A program made the position numbers and the translations under genes. DNA of 64,000 nt from Bifidobacteriaceae bacterium (lineage in GTDB: Bacteria > Actinomycetota > Actinomycetes > Actinomycetales > WQXJ01), in assembly GCA_031270825.1 (NCBI GenBank), contig JAISXH010000022.1, forward strand, positions 33,710 to 97,709. The letters are read 5' to 3'. Below the pieces are notes generated by a model. That model did not search any database, had not been told where the DNA came from, and saw only the letters and a list, made by a program, of their open reading frames with translations. Of this stretch, positions 63,470 through 64,000 are shown piece by piece (position 1 is the first letter of the stretch; each line of letters starts with the position of its first letter).

Positions 63470-64000
63470 TCAGTCCCAGACCAAGAGGATCTTGCCGACC
63501 ACCGAGCCGGACTTCATCAGGGCGTGGGCGTCCTGGGCCTGCGACATCGGCAAACGGGCGCCCACCGCCGGCGCCGAGCGTCCCGACGTGACCAACTCCC
63601 ACACGTCGCGCCTGACCGCACGGCAGATGGCGGCCTTGTCCGGGCGCGTCCGTCCGCGCAGATTGGTGGCCATCACGCGGTGTCGGTGGCTGAGCATCCG
63701 GCCTAGATCGATCTGGGCGGCGCTGCCGCCCATCAGCCCGATGATCGCCAGGGTCCCGCCCACGGCCAGCGCTTTGAGATTGCGTTCCAAATAGGGGCCG
63801 CCGACGATGTCGATGATGTAGTCCACGCCCCGAAACCCCGTGCCCTCCAGCACCACTTGGGGGAAATCTTCGCTGGTGTGGTCAATGCCCCGGGCGGCGC
63901 CCAGTTGTTCGCAGGCCCGCGCGCGCTCATCCCCGCCAGCGGTGGCGAAAACCAGTGAGCCGAGCGCCGCGCCAAGGGTGATGGCCATGCTGCCGATCCC
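63470..64000 (-). CDS. NADPH:quinone oxidoreductase / zeta-crystallin-type MDR, C-terminal part (gene continues beyond right edge)
   Basis: 'GVDYIIDIVGGPYLERNLKALAVGGTLAIIG' and terminal 'GKILLVWD'. The frame is open to nt 64000. Confidence 0.7.
   Translation of the reverse strand, partial: GIGSMAITLGAALGSLVFATAGGDERARACEQLGAARGIDHTSEDFPQVVLEGTGFRGVDYIIDIVGGPYLERNLKALAVGGTLAIIGLMGGSAAQIDLGRMLSHRHRVMATNLRGRTRPDKAAICRAVRRDVWELVTSGRSAPAVGARLPMSQAQDAHALMKSGSVVGKILLVWD

Overview
High-GC actinobacterial chromosomal window with about 55 supportable protein genes and 3 tRNAs. I found no rRNA, no CRISPR array and no intact transposase or integrase.

**RiPP cluster (nt 2 to about 18.3 kb).**
- This is the main finding. 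It is an accessory RiPP gene cluster of the azole plus dehydroalanine (thiopeptide or goadsporin-like) type.
- Enzymes: two YcaO proteins, an RRE/ThiF-like docking protein, a SagB-type dehydrogenase, a split LanB glutamylation protein and only one SpaB_C-type protein.
- Other genes: a PqqD-like(RRE)-M50 membrane peptidase with a second M50 fragment at the left edge, an ABC exporter, a flavodoxin-like protein and two tandem MerR regulators.
- The 59-aa precursor (12869-13048) ends in an uninterrupted run of 21 Ser/Thr/Cys residues.
- The right-hand three-gene cassette (YcaO-2, a 4-TM protein, flavodoxin-like protein) is bracketed by a 150-bp direct repeat (145/150 identical) and a decayed copy of the permease/YcaO junction.

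**Rest of the window: mostly core genes.**
- Metabolism: pckG, purA, nagA, tgt, sdhCAB-like genes, threonine aldolase, glycerate kinase.
- Envelope: a class A PBP with a PASTA domain, and a LytR_C protein.

**Smaller oddities among the core genes.**
- A 23-bp repeat family abuts the 3' end of all three tRNAs. One copy set is a 4-unit tandem array. An inverted pair bounds a 405-bp non-coding island that carries phased 18-bp sites.
- A 60-bp hairpin repeat occurs twice in intergenic DNA.
- An aminotransferase plus split-transketolase operon is flanked by two paralogous proteins of unknown function.
- Two convergent, 3'-overlapping orphan DNA methyltransferases are present. The MT-A70 gene has clearly lower GC than its surroundings.
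- An anchored-repeat-type metal ABC transporter locus is present.
- An acetate-kinase homologue has degenerate signature motifs.
- An HTH / PIN-like / DUF433 toxin-antitoxin-like locus has a probable frameshift.
- A NarL-type two-component sensor kinase has its ATPase motifs split over two overlapping ORFs, with a membrane segment between them.

All homology statements come from motif recognition by eye. No database search was run.
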